Assembly: GCA_900088475.1 (NCBI GenBank)
Contig: FLMG01000547.1
Location: 10,530-74,529, forward strand
Source of the DNA: Hyphochytrium catenoides
Lineage: Eukaryota > Protista > Hyphochytriomycota
Direction of reading: 5' to 3'
Length of the DNA: 64,000 nt
This document shows, piece by piece, positions 43,605-56,600 of the stretch (positions within the stretch are counted from its first letter, which is position 1; each line of letters begins with the position of its first letter). Under the pieces are notes generated by a model. It was not told where the DNA came from, searched no databases, and saw only the letters and a program-made list of their open reading frames with translations. The position numbers and the translations under genes were made by a program.

Positions 43605-44619
43605 AGGACTGCTGGCCTCTATGAATGCGTCTGATCACTTTATAGCCCTTTACCTGCTCTTAGAAATGTACCAACAATCCGTTCACTGTGGAGCTGTCAT
43701 TTGAGATAATCGGGAAAAGGTTAGGTGAAGAAGCGTTGAGTCGAACCAAACTACAGGGCAATGCTACCTCTTGGATACATTACCTTTCTCATCATAGGAT
43801 CAGGCAAGCTGTCTGACCCTCACCCCAATAATCATCACTGCATGGAAGCTGTGATGGGGCTGACAAGGAGTTGAAGGCAAAGCGCCAGAAAGAGTGATGG
43901 TCTCTGGATAGTTCTTGGCTTCCTATGCTTCGTAGTTCAACTGGTCCGAGCAGAACTACTGGGAAAAGTCTGCGTAGTAGTAGTATTTGCGTACGCTCTT
44001 TATGTAAGGTTGTTTCTGGTCCTAGATGACCGGTACCGGCTATTTGTAGGCTCTTTCATAGGAGTGTTACTCATGAGGAGGCGGAGGGTTAAAGCTCCTC
44101 ATCTTCGTTTGGATCAGCGCGAAGGGATGCATCGCTTCATCTTCAATCTTCATCGCCAGGCCATCCTCTTCCGTTCATGACCGTCCCAGACAGCACTTCG
44201 CTGCTGTGCTTAGCTCGATAGTCCTCCTCAACCCTAAGAGCCTTTGGAATAGCACTTCCCTGCTGCACTCCTCCCTCCTGTCCTGATTCACATCCGCAGC
44301 ATTGTGAGCAGGCAGTTTGCTACAACCAGCCCGCCTCCCCGAGGAGGCGGAGATTTGCCTTAACGACCGCTGTGTGTCTACTGAGCAGGGAGGTTAGCTA
44401 CTGGGTTGTCTTCAGTCAGCTTTACTGGGAGGGACAAGATATAATGGAACTTGATGTCAAGAACAGTCATGGCACTAGGCCCACGGAGAGATAGTCTCAA
44501 CCTGGTCATGGCACACCTGTGTCACAAGTTAGTCTCTCTTGTAGATAATGGGCTACTCAACGTCAACCTAGAGTCCAAAGTTTGGCTGGACGAGTGAGAG
44601 AGCTTGTTGTCTAGCCAAC

Positions 44620-47600
44620 ATGAGGCGGCTTATCCTCTCACACCCGCTGATAAAGCCAACCATCCAGCTAATTCTGGTGCTCTACATCTGCTTGATAGGT
44701 ACGTTTTGTTCTTGAAGCCACGCTGGGCTGCGCTTCTAAGAGCCGTGTGTCGGTCACTATAGGCGTCTGTGGGGCACATCAGCTGCTTCTGGTCCCGCAA
44801 GCATGGCAACCGGTGGCTGGGATTGCCCTGCAGCAAGCTCCAGTGCTCCGTTTACTAGACGACGCTGGAATCTTCCTCCACGACTTTACCTTTGGAACCG
44901 TAACAGTCTCTCTTGGCAAGTCAGTCAAGCCAGTTAGCCACTTGCATCCTTTAGCCAACTCGTTCCCAATAGAGAACGGCATAGTCCGCTGTCCAGGACT
45001 TTACATCAATGAGGCAGGAGGGCCTTACACACTCAAGTTCAGCTCACCCGAACTGAACGTTGAGGTAGGGTGCATGATCTTACCGGTGCTGATTGACTCA
45101 GCCATAAGCTCTTATGCTCTACATAGGTGGAGTCGCCGGAGTTTCATGTCGCGGTCGGTCCGGCCCATGCTCTACGACTGGATGAGTTTCCTTCGAAAGT
45201 CACTGGGGGTGTCCCTTTTAACATTGTTGTTTCAATGAGAGATCGGGGTGAAAACCTCGTAGCCGATCAGAGCTCGGGCTCGGTGGCAATAGTCTTACAG
45301 GAAAGCGTACCTGGATCTACACTGCAAGCGCCAGCAGGCTTGCAAGGTAGATCGATTGAATTCCTCTAGCAGCGGTCAAAATAAGCGTAACAAGTGCTAA
45401 TTCAACTATGCAGCGCGCATTGTACGTGGATACGCGAGGTTCACAAACCTGCAGATAGATAAGGCTGGAGGACCCTACCTGATTCGGCTGTATAGCAACT
45501 TAGTTTTACCAGGAGCATCGAGCGTTTTAGGCGGCCCATTTCCTGTCCTCATCGGCCCGCCACATAGCGTAAGCGATTCATCAAGAGTCACACTTACTAT
45601 TGAGAGAGCTCCATCCTTATCATCGCTCTACCACTTCCTTAGCTAAATTTGGTCCAGCAGCCCAGTGGAGCTCTTGCAGGCATGCCCTTCTTGCATCAGC
45701 CGGTGGTGGAAGTGCTCGATCGGGGTGGCAACAGGTAACTATTGTCCTCGTACAACCTCTTCTCTCCCTGATATGAGGCTTACAACTAACAACCTGGTCT
45801 CCACTATAAGGCTACGAAATAACCATTTGAGTCTCATCAAAGCGTCACTGATAGATTCCAATTACACCCTCAAACCACAAAGTGCCACGCATCTGCGCCT
45901 GAGTTATGGGGTTGCAGGTATCTAGCAAGAGGTATATGAAATTGCCTTGGTAGTTGCTGAGGTGGCGTTTTGCTCTTAGCCTTCAGTCGACTTCAGATTC
46001 AGGAGAAAGGCACGGGCTTCGTTCTGCAGTTTGCTATGTACGATAGGCTGATGAACTCGTCGAGGTAGGGTGATATCATTGCTGGCGTCTTAGGCATTGC
46101 TGTCCAGAAAGGAACGTCTCTTACTATAGTTAACGTGGTCCTAGGTATGTTTACAACGGTCTGTCCGTACAGAGCCATCCCCTCCAAGTGATGGGAGGGC
46201 CTCCAGCTGCTCTGAGGATTACTCAGCCGGGAGGGCAGAACTGGGCCGGGGGCAGACCAATGGGACGGCAGCCACTCGTCACCCTATTGGTATGGAGGGT
46301 ACGTTCAACAGTTATTTATTACGGTTTCTAACTCTCAGTAACTCAGGATGCGGGAGGCAATATCGTAAAGCAAGCACCATATAGCACCCAGCCAATCCTA
46401 GCTGAGCTAACGGAGAGCCTGGGACGCACATCTGAAGTTAAGATTAGAACAACTGACGCACCGCTCACAGCTATTGCGCTTGTGAAATTGCGTACCGCTC
46501 CCGGTACATATGGCGCGGGCCACGACATAGACATCGCCGTAGACTTCACCCAGGAAGTCCTGGCTCAGGGGGTCATTGAACTACCTCTACAGACAGTTCC
46601 CCAACGTTCAGCACGCTGTATCTCTCTGGACGAATGGTAAGCTATGAACCTTGGTGAAATGTGGACGACGAAAAGGATATATGTATCAACTAATTACGTG
46701 GATTGCCAAATTGCGACAGGTCCAAGACATTAATTTTCCGTTACGCTGTTCATGATGGAGACTCGACTGCATCTTTACCGCTCGACTACGTTGGAGCTCC
46801 GGCAAACCTCATTCTTCCTGGCGGGTCGAGCCGCCTAGTGGATCGACACGATAGGCCTGCAGACCTCGGGCTCCCTACTCCTGGAACGTTTGAATCACTA
46901 TCTTATCCTGGGAAGGTAGATCAATCACTAGTTTCTTCCGGCAGTCTTTCTTAGGCGATGCGTTCGTTTCCCTGCCCTCAATTCCATAGGCCATTGTCAT
47001 CATCGATACCGCCGCACCTACCGTCATAGCCATCCGCTCCAGAGAATCCTCTGGAACTTACGGTGTGGGCCAATACGTGGATTTAGAGGTCGTGTTTGAT
47101 TGGCCCGTAGCTGTCATCAACCAGCCTACACTTGGTAGGCCGTGGCTTGGCGCGTCATAAAGGTTCGTCTTGTTGCTAACGGGCTTCGGCTTGCTTCCTG
47201 GTTCGTTGTAGGGCTAGCTTTAGCAGGCGGAAGAGTAGTCCAAGCTCTTTACCTTGAAGGGACAGGAACACGGATATTGGTCTTCCGGCATATCGTGAGC
47301 CCGATGGATTCAACCGGCATTTCAAACCTTGAAGTAAATGGAGTTGAGACGGTGGCCGGAGAAGTCCGCCGCTGGTCGACAAGCCCGACTACTCCGGCGG
47401 ACCTTACGATATCTCCAGCGGCGCAGCTGAGTGTCCACTCTGCAATACTGCTGGATTCATCTGCGCCCACAATCCAGCGGCTGTACAGCTCGAATGGCGT
47501 TGGCTTGTATTCCGCTGGAGATTTAATCAGAATCCATGTAGAATTCTCCGCAGCTGTCACCGTAGAAGGCTATCCACGCTTGGTTGTCGCGGCTGGACAG

Positions 47601-50600
47601 ACTAAAGGTAGGGACTGATAGGAAGATATCTATCTTATCTTCAAAGACTCATCACACTGATGCAGGTTATGCTGAGTACTCAGGTGGTAATGGGTCAAAT
47701 TCCCTTTATTTTGATTACTTGGTAGGAGACAACCACGTAAGCAACGCCGTCGACCTCCACGATTACCGATCAGTTGAACTCAATGAAGGCGCTATATTCA
47801 GGTAAAAGGACAACCTGCCTGACCGTAAGATTGCCCATCTCAATCCTTAATACTCTTTTTACTTTGTATTGCGTACTCCGCGATGGCTAGGCATGTGACA
47901 AAGGGTGTGGCTACTCAGCCCGCATCGCTTTCACTTATTGGAATACTAGGGGTGCAATCCGTGAATATCAATAGTCCGGGCATCAGGGTGGATGGCACAG
48001 CAGCGAAGGTGGTGAAGGTGCATTTCTCTCCGAACAGTCCTCCAGGGGCTTACACTTTGGGCCAGTCCCTAGATATTATCGTTGTATTCAACAAGTAAGT
48101 GTGAATGTCTTCAACTAACCTGCCGTAAGCTTACTTATCATCGACCCGCCGGTGACAGATATGTCTTTTTAGATGATGCGGAAGGGTCGCCAACCCTCGT
48201 CTTGAACACGAGGGAAGGCAATGCTAATGCTGCCGAGCAGGAGGCCATTCTTCTCGCGCCATCAGATCCCACGTCGATACTGGCCATGACCTTCCGCTAC
48301 ACTGTGCAGGCGGGAGACACTTCGTCAGACCTTAAATATCTTGACTCTAGGTCTCTACGCCTGAATGGGGCTAGATTATTAACGGCAATCTCTACTTTAG
48401 CTCTCGGTACGGTAAACTGTAGCCGTGGTAGTGCCGTTCAGCTATCCCCTCTAGACTGACATAAACTTTCGTCTCTCTCTTTTCTTGCTGTGTTATAGGC
48501 GCAAAGCCCATCCAGCACGCCCTTACCCAGCTTCCTTCACCTGGGCTGTTAGGAGGAGGAAGGAGTGTCTCGACTCCAGGAGTCGTAGCCACTTCTGTTG
48601 CTCAACTCAGTACTTCCACCGCCGCGGGTAGCTACGGCAGAGGCGAGGCCATTTTCATCCATGTTCGCTTTTCACATGACGTGGATGTCAATGGACCTGG
48701 AGTTCCTTCGCTCGCGCTCAATGTGCAGCCAGCCGGAGTTATGGCACGATATCAAAATGGGTCTGGGACTCCAACTCTCACCTTTCTCTACCAAGTGGGG
48801 GTGAGTGATGCCACCGTTTGCAATATCATGTTGACATTCTGACTTCTAGTTTGAGTTTAGGCGGGCCAAATGGTCAGTGCGCTCAACAAAAGGGATGACG
48901 CGGCGTTGACCTGTCCCTCGTGTGCCATTGTCAATCGCAACAGCGACCCTTGTAGCCTATCACTTGCTGGTGTGGACTTGGACCCTGCAACCATCACGAT
49001 TGACCAGACACCACCAAGAATCACCAGCGTCGCTGTCCTGACGCCACTTCCAACCGGTGCGAGTTCTCACCTCATGAACCATGAGGACTTTCTATACATT
49101 TAGGCCCTCCTTGTACTGATACATACGTACGGCACACCGCAACAGGCAAACGGTTCACCGTGGGTGACGAAGTGGTCATCCGAGTGATGTTTGACTTGCC
49201 TGTCTGGATATCCCCTTTAGCTCAAACTGTTCAACAACAGGCCCCCGTGATTCAGCTCGACGTACAGTCTCTCAAGGCCCGCTACGCGAGGTAACCATAT
49301 GCGTGCATCACAGTAGGCGTTCTTTTTTACATACCATAATCTTGCACAGGTTTAGTGGCTTTGGGCCGGGTGGTGCGGGTCTGGATTATAGAGATCTTCG
49401 TTTTGTTTACATCGTCCAGCCCGAAGACTCCTCACCGGACTTGCTTTATAAGAGCTCCACCGCACTAAGGATGCCTCCGGGTTCTGGAGCAATTATGAGG
49501 CTTGCCACAAACCCTGAGGGGCTAGCCGACCCCACACTGCCCTCACTCTTGCTGGTTCACACCCTTTCCCTGACGGCGGATCCGATAAAGATTGATACCA
49601 CCATTGTTCCGGTGGTCGTTAGGGTCTTTGCTGTCGACGCTAGCGGACTCTATGCTCCTGGTGATGTACTCACAATACGGATTGAGTTTTCGGAGCCCGT
49701 AGCTGTCAAAGGGTCACCTGTTCTCTGGCTTCAGACAGGGCAGGACAGTGGGGCAGAGTACAGCTCTGGAAGTGGTACTAGATGGCTAGACTTCACTTAC
49801 GAAGTGAGGCCCTCAGACCGATCAACTAGGCTTCGATATTGTGACACTAATGCGCTGCAGACCCCAAACAGCTCTGCCATCCTGTTATCGAGCACCAATC
49901 CCTTCACTCCAGTTGATTTACTACTTCCCGTGCCAGGCTCTCCATTGAGCCTGGACGGCTCAAGCAGCCTCGCCTTGGATGGCAAACCGCCCTATGTTGA
50001 GAGAATCTATGCGTCGGACCAGACAGGTGATTCATGGTTTTTTCTTCTTAAATTGTTTGGAAGTTCACAAAGTTTAACGCGTCATCCATGACTGCTAGGG
50101 ACTCAACTGTCGCGTGGGGTAGAGATAAGCCTTGGGGATGAAATATCCATTTCCATCCAGTTTTCTGCTCCTGTGGCGGTTGACGTGTCAGTGGGAAGAC
50201 CCTTTTTGGCTCTCTACGCAGGTCAGACACACCGGCCGGCTACATATGTTTCAGGCAGTGGTTCAAAGCGGCTGCTTTTCAGTTATAGGGCGCAGACAGG
50301 TAACCTAACACCTCTAATCCATTTTGCCTAGCTTACCCTTAACCCTTGTTACATGGAAGGCGATGACACGGACCTCCTAGACTACACCAACACTAGTGCC
50401 CTGAATCTGAATGGCAGCACCATCAAGCGCGCGTCTTCACGACCAATGCTTAACGCAGACTTACATCTAAATCCACCTGGTGGCCGGCTGTATGGCAACC
50501 GAGAGGTCTCGGCAGAGTTTGGACAAGGTCGTTTTCAGGATCTTAGAGTGGACAAGGCTGCGAATGACTATCGTTTGCGCTTTGTATCCGGTACGCGTCC

Positions 50601-53600
50601 ATCGCAATGCTCACACTCTTCTCTCTCTCTCCCCCCATCTCTCATGTTCCTTACGATGATGCATATATTCTTTCATATCTCGGTAGTTTAACTGTACTTG
50701 CTTTTCCTTCGTTCAGGCGGAAGCGATATTGTGACCGCTCAAGAGCTAAATGTCTCACACTCTTCTGAGTTTGAGCTTAAGAGTCGTGACTCGAGGGCTG
50801 GGGATCAGTTCGGCTGGAGCGTCTCTGTAAATGAGGATTTTGCCTTAATCGGCGCCCCGCATGTCAGAAGTCGACGATTTGCTTCTCAGGTTGTTCGAAC
50901 GACTAGTGGGGCGGCAGAGGTGCGGCCTGAGATACAGGTAGTGAAAATCTCAGACAGATGGCGTGACGCAGTGCAGGAGGTCGTCTCCTCTGCAGCGGAG
51001 GGCACCGAGATCTCTGGCACTTTCAAGGTCTTCCTAGGAGGAAGAGGTTCTCGCTCATTGCCAAGTGACATCAAGGCTAGTACTATGCAGGTAAGCAGAT
51101 CAGCTTTCCAAGACCAACAGTAGCTTGTTTTATCTATCGCCATGATGTCTCTAAAAAAACTCAATGAATCCAGGTTTATCTTTCGCACGATTGGGACTTT
51201 CTGGTCGAGGTAGAAAGAAGCCCAAACTATGACTGTGGCTGTGAGGGCGCCTTCGTGTGGAGAATTACGATAAGAAACCCTGTTGGGCCTATCCCCAAAT
51301 TGACTGTTCAGGCTGCCCTGTCACCTGCCAGCGCCACCATTGGAGGAGGGGATAGCCCTAACACTGCCATTGAGCTGCAGTCGGTGCGCAAGGTGTCTGG
51401 CACTTTCGCATTGATGACCATGGTCGGTGGGGCACTGAAACAAACCCCAGACATCCCAACGGACTGCATGGGGCCTACTCTTGCTTCAGCCATCTCCAGC
51501 CACCTTCTACTTCCGGTGCGGGAAGTGGAACGCCAAGGCCCGGATGCTCACGCCGCCTACTCATGGACTATCACCTTTGACTCCACCATAAACAACTATG
51601 ACATGCCCCAGCTACAAATATCGGCTTCAGATATTGAGGGAAACATGCCTCAGGTACCCACGACCGCATCTTATATCATTCCTTCCCCACCGATATCTAG
51701 AGTCGCTTTTCAATCTCTTCCGTACAAGGTCGGGGCTTCGGGTCTCCCTTCGTCATAGTCAAGCGACACGGCAATTTATGTTCTGCTCGAGTTGCCTCTT
51801 TCTAGTTTTGACTTTAGCGCGTTTTGCATCGTGGCGCTGGTCTTCGTTTCTCAATCAACTCTTTCTTCCGGAAGATTTCCGCCTACACACTGCAGGAAGG
51901 TGAAGCACCAATCTCAGGGTCCTTTAAACTGCGTTTCCGTTCTGGCATTTTTGAGTCAACGACGCCTGCTATTCCACACGATGCCACGGAAGGCGCCATG
52001 GAAAGTGCTCTGCTTTCCCTTTCTCAAGTCATTTCTGACGTAAGAGTAAAACGCACGGGACCAGATGGACATGGTGGGCACAGCTGGACTATAACCTTCC
52101 TAGAGGTTAAGGAGCAAACTTCCCGAGAATTTATAGAGGACAACGTGCAAAATTTGAAGCTAATGGTCCCTGTGACGACGGAATATGTAAGTGCTGCTGT
52201 CGGCGATTTGTCCTAGTCCCATACTTTGTCAATATCCACCATATTCTCTGGGGTTGTTGGGTGCTGACCTGGACCATCAGGGTGCTAGGACATTGCGCGG
52301 GACTGGAGCGCAAGTAACAGTGGACTACGAGTTGCGTGATGCTGCAGTCCTCAATTTACCTGCAACCGCGGTTGGAAGAGAAGGCGACAAGGTTGGGGCG
52401 GCGTACATCTTCCAGCGCAAGTCAAAGCAGGTGGGCTTACGTTTAAAGCTGTCATTGTAGATAGATTGTGGGTGGACACTAGAGGGAAGAGGCCTGATGT
52501 CCACTCTTCTTATTAATGGTGTCTATCCGCCCATTTCTCACGTTGTTATACGTTCCCCGTGCCCGCTTGCGCGCCCTTCCGCCAACCCCTCATATAGTGG
52601 TGGCAGCCCGTGCATTCACGCCTTGTAGCCGACGACGGGGATCCGGGTGATCTCTTCGGCTTTAGCGTCGGTCTCAGCCTTCCACACGCGATTGTTGGAG
52701 CTCCCTTTTCTAAGATCTACGGAGAATTTGCTCGCCAGACCCTCACATGCAGTGCGTTCCGTGGATCTTTTAAACTCAACTATGGACCGCATGCAACAGA
52801 TGCTATCACGTGGAATGTAACACAGGACCAGCTGCACGCAAGGCTTCTTACTATCACAGCCATCTCTTCTGTTATGGTTCAAGACTACGCAGGACCCTTG
52901 TGCTCAGGTGTGTGTGCACTGACTATGGTGCCCTTTTGATCCCATTCTCCCGTCTCGTAGCTTTCCCTAGCATTCAAGCTCTGGGCTAGGTGAGTGAAGG
53001 GAAAATGTACTCTATCTGACTCAGTCCTCACTCTTAGGTCAAGCGGTTGATATCACTTTCACGTATCACGGACCTAGTGCGGGAGATGTGCCTGTCCTAG
53101 TACCTGATGTGGAACACTTGTACAGTGATCGAGAGATTCCTGTCAACGTTGTTGTGGAAAGGGAAGGCTCCTACTACCCACAAGCACCGCGGTCAGTCTC
53201 ACAAGGTGCTGCCTACCTCTTCCGGTATCAGGGCCCCGAGCTCGAATGGGAGCAGATTACGAAGCTTTCAGATCCTACCGGAGGGCTGCAGAATGAGTTT
53301 GGCTGGGCCGTCGCAGCTGATGGGAATCTAGCTGTGGTAGGGGCTCCAGCCACTGATGGGGAAGCTGGAGCGGTATACGTATACTCCTTTGTGAGTGGAG
53401 AGTGGCAGTATCGGTTTCCTCTGCGACGCTCTAGGTTCAAGCGACACCCAGGAGGTCGCTTCGGCCATAGTGTGGCAATTCACGGCGAATATATTGCTGT
53501 CGGCTGTCCTGGCTACCAGGGAGGAGAAGGGCGGACCATCCTTTACCGCCGAAGCTCAAGCGGCGTCTATTTTGAGTTGAAGGAGTTCAAGGCCCCAACT

Positions 53601-56600
53601 GCAACACCGGGCAGTGCATATGGAAGCTCTGTGGCTGTGCATCAACCTTCAACATTTAACTCTGTGCGACTAGTGGTGGGAGCACCCCAGGAGGATAGCG
53701 GTAGAGGACCAAACACTGGGTCCGCATACGTATATCGCTCAAGGGCTGACCTCGTCTTCCATGAAGCCGAAAAAGTGATAGGTAGTGACATCCGAGCTTT
53801 TGACCGTTTTGGTCGATCTGTGGATGTGAGTGGGTCGATGATAGTAGTAGGAGCGCATGTAGAGTACCGGGGCAGTCTGGGAGCCAATTATGCAGTGCAG
53901 GTCGTCAGAACCTCTGCTGACAATGGGCAAAGGATAACAGGATTTTTCCGGCTTGGCTTCGGGGAAATCGAGTATGACTACGCTCTCACGCCGCGGCTCT
54001 CTTCACCAATTCGCTGTGATGTCGCTCCAGAGGACGTGAAAAGAGTATGTACAGATAGATAAATTACCACCCTGAGGAACAATGGAGAGGTAAACCCATT
54101 TTATGTTTGTCTGACCTGTAGGTTCTCGAGAAAGAACTGGAGACCGGCGAGGTGCTTGTCAGTCGCTCAGCCGTTGACCTCGAGGGTGGCTATGAGTGGC
54201 GCATAACTTTTCTCGAAGATCAGCCAGACCTTCCACCCCTCGTGGCCGATAGCGCAGAGCTCATGCCTGATGGAGCGCGGGCTGAAGTATCAGTAGTATC
54301 AAGACAGGCTCCTGTCCAGCGTGGTGCGGCCTACGTCTTTACTTTCGAAGAAGATCGTCAGAGATGGGTAGAGCAGGTGATCGCTTGAAAGTAGTGAACT
54401 CTCGTTCAAGCTTAGCTTCGCAGCACGCTCACCTTGTCTTTCGTTTTGTCGTAAAGGCTACCCTGCGACCTCGTGAGAAGCAGTTTCACAGCCTCTTCGG
54501 CACCTCCGTAGCTTTAGAAGGTCGTCATGCTGTCGTCGGAGCCTTCAATGGTCACCCACTCGTTCCTTTGGGCAACACAGGGGCCGCCTACACCTTCGAC
54601 CTGACGATTCTGCAGCTTAAGTTCACCACCAAACAGCTGAGGTAGGCCGAGATTGCGCAGCCGCAAATGCGAATAGCCAATCATTAGTTACTGACTCCTT
54701 ACCATTCCATTGCAGTGTCCTCGAGGGGGAGGCTTTGCAACTGCAAGTGAACCGGTGTCAGGAAGGCACCTCTTGCTCTTTAGGATCACTGTCTGACGTT
54801 TTGGAGGTTGCCTATGACACTGGAGACGCTATATCGGACCCTGATTCTCACAATCTGTAGGTCTTACATTGTCAATGTCCAACGAAAGGCCCATTAAGCC
54901 TAACTTACATTGAATGCTGATCCTGTCTCTCAGAGGCACGGAGAAGGAGATCGGGCCCTATCGGAAACTTTGTATGCTGGATGCACCGCCTTATACAGAA
55001 GGTTCTCTTCCGGTACTTTGGAGTAGGAGAGAGACGGCGTAAACTGACACCTTTTTCTTGTCCTGGCCCCGTGTAGGTGCTCTCTGGTTTCCGAACGCTC
55101 GCGGACAGGAACCTGCGACAATTCCCCCAGGCCGCTGGCTGCTGGCCGACGCCGTGGGAACAGCGGTGGGGCGGAGTCAGTTCTATGGAAGCGAGGAGCA
55201 GCGCTCCTTGTGGATTAACGGTGAAGGCCCGCTCTTTTCATATATCTTGTGGACTCTACTTTCTTTCTCGTCATTGACCCGCCCTGATGGCCTCTTTTCC
55301 TGCTTTTCTTTACAACGGTAGGCGAGTTTGACTTTGGTGCTGTGTCCGATTATGAGACAGCGAGTGGCAAATTGCGCTTCAGTGCTGGGGAGGTGGAGTT
55401 GCCCATTACGGTTCGGACAACGGATGACGTGTTGCTGGAGGCTCCAGATGAGAAGTTTAATGTCAGGTGTGGCCTTATACAGACCAGACACACTCCCTAT
55501 GTTTGCTGCTCAGTTGCAAGCTTTTCTTGCTCTCATGAGGATTACGGGTAAGTCCACTAATGCCCTCGGCTTAGGCTAAGCCAGCCGGGCATTTGGCCAA
55601 CGTTCGGCGGTGATCTCTGGGCGCAGGTGACGATTGTGGATAACGGAGACGGCGGCTTGGGAATGAAAGACTTCACGTCCGTTTTCTTACCACCCTCGAG
55701 TTCTGAACCTGTTGGCGGCTTCGGGACAGCCGTTGCTCTTGAGAGTAAAGTTGGGTTGGTCGCTGTCGGCTCTCCAACCAAAGACGCTGACAGCAGGTTG
55801 AGCTCCGGCGCAGTGCATCTCCACACGTTTAGTCTTGGCTTCTGGGCACCCGAGGTACGATCTTAAATTCCTGCTTTCGGTCCTAGGCGCCTTTATTAAC
55901 CTACTCCCACCTCATACCAAACTATAGCAAACGCTGTCCAGTCCTACCCCACAACCCTTTGGCCTATTTGGGAGCTCTGTAGGACTTGACGCGGCCCAGC
56001 CTTCGGGCTTGCCGCGCCTCATTGTAGGCGCACCAGGTATTTGCAAATATTAGTTACTCTTCTGCTCAGTTACTCACAAGGACAATTTTGCTTTGGACTT
56101 GCTCATCGGCGTAGGTGAGGCCAAAGCCTACATTTTCATCCGGCTACTTTATGGCACATCCTTCTCGTGGACACTTGAGGCCACACTGCTGCCTCCAGCG
56201 ATGGTTAGGGACGTGAACGGCTACGCGGGAGTTGGAGCCGTGGCCATCGAAGGCAAGACAGCGGTAGTCGGGGCACCTGGCGAGAACTGTATATGCATCT
56301 TCTTGCACCGAACCCTGGGTGGCTCAGGGATCATGAGCTGGGATGACGGTCAGTGCCTTAGACCGCACGACGCAACCTTTGATCTCGTGTTAGGGCAGCT
56401 ACTACCTCACGACACTCAGTTCGGTGCTAGTGTGGCCATTAGCCACCAGACCATTGCTGTCGGGGCCCCTCTCTCACCGGGTGAAGAAGGCGAGTTTCCA
56501 GGTATAAGGAAACGATTTTCTTTGAGAAAAACTTCGATTAGTGATTGACACTCGTAGGTTGGGCTCCTGGAGTGAACAATTTCGGCAAAGGCGCCGTGTA

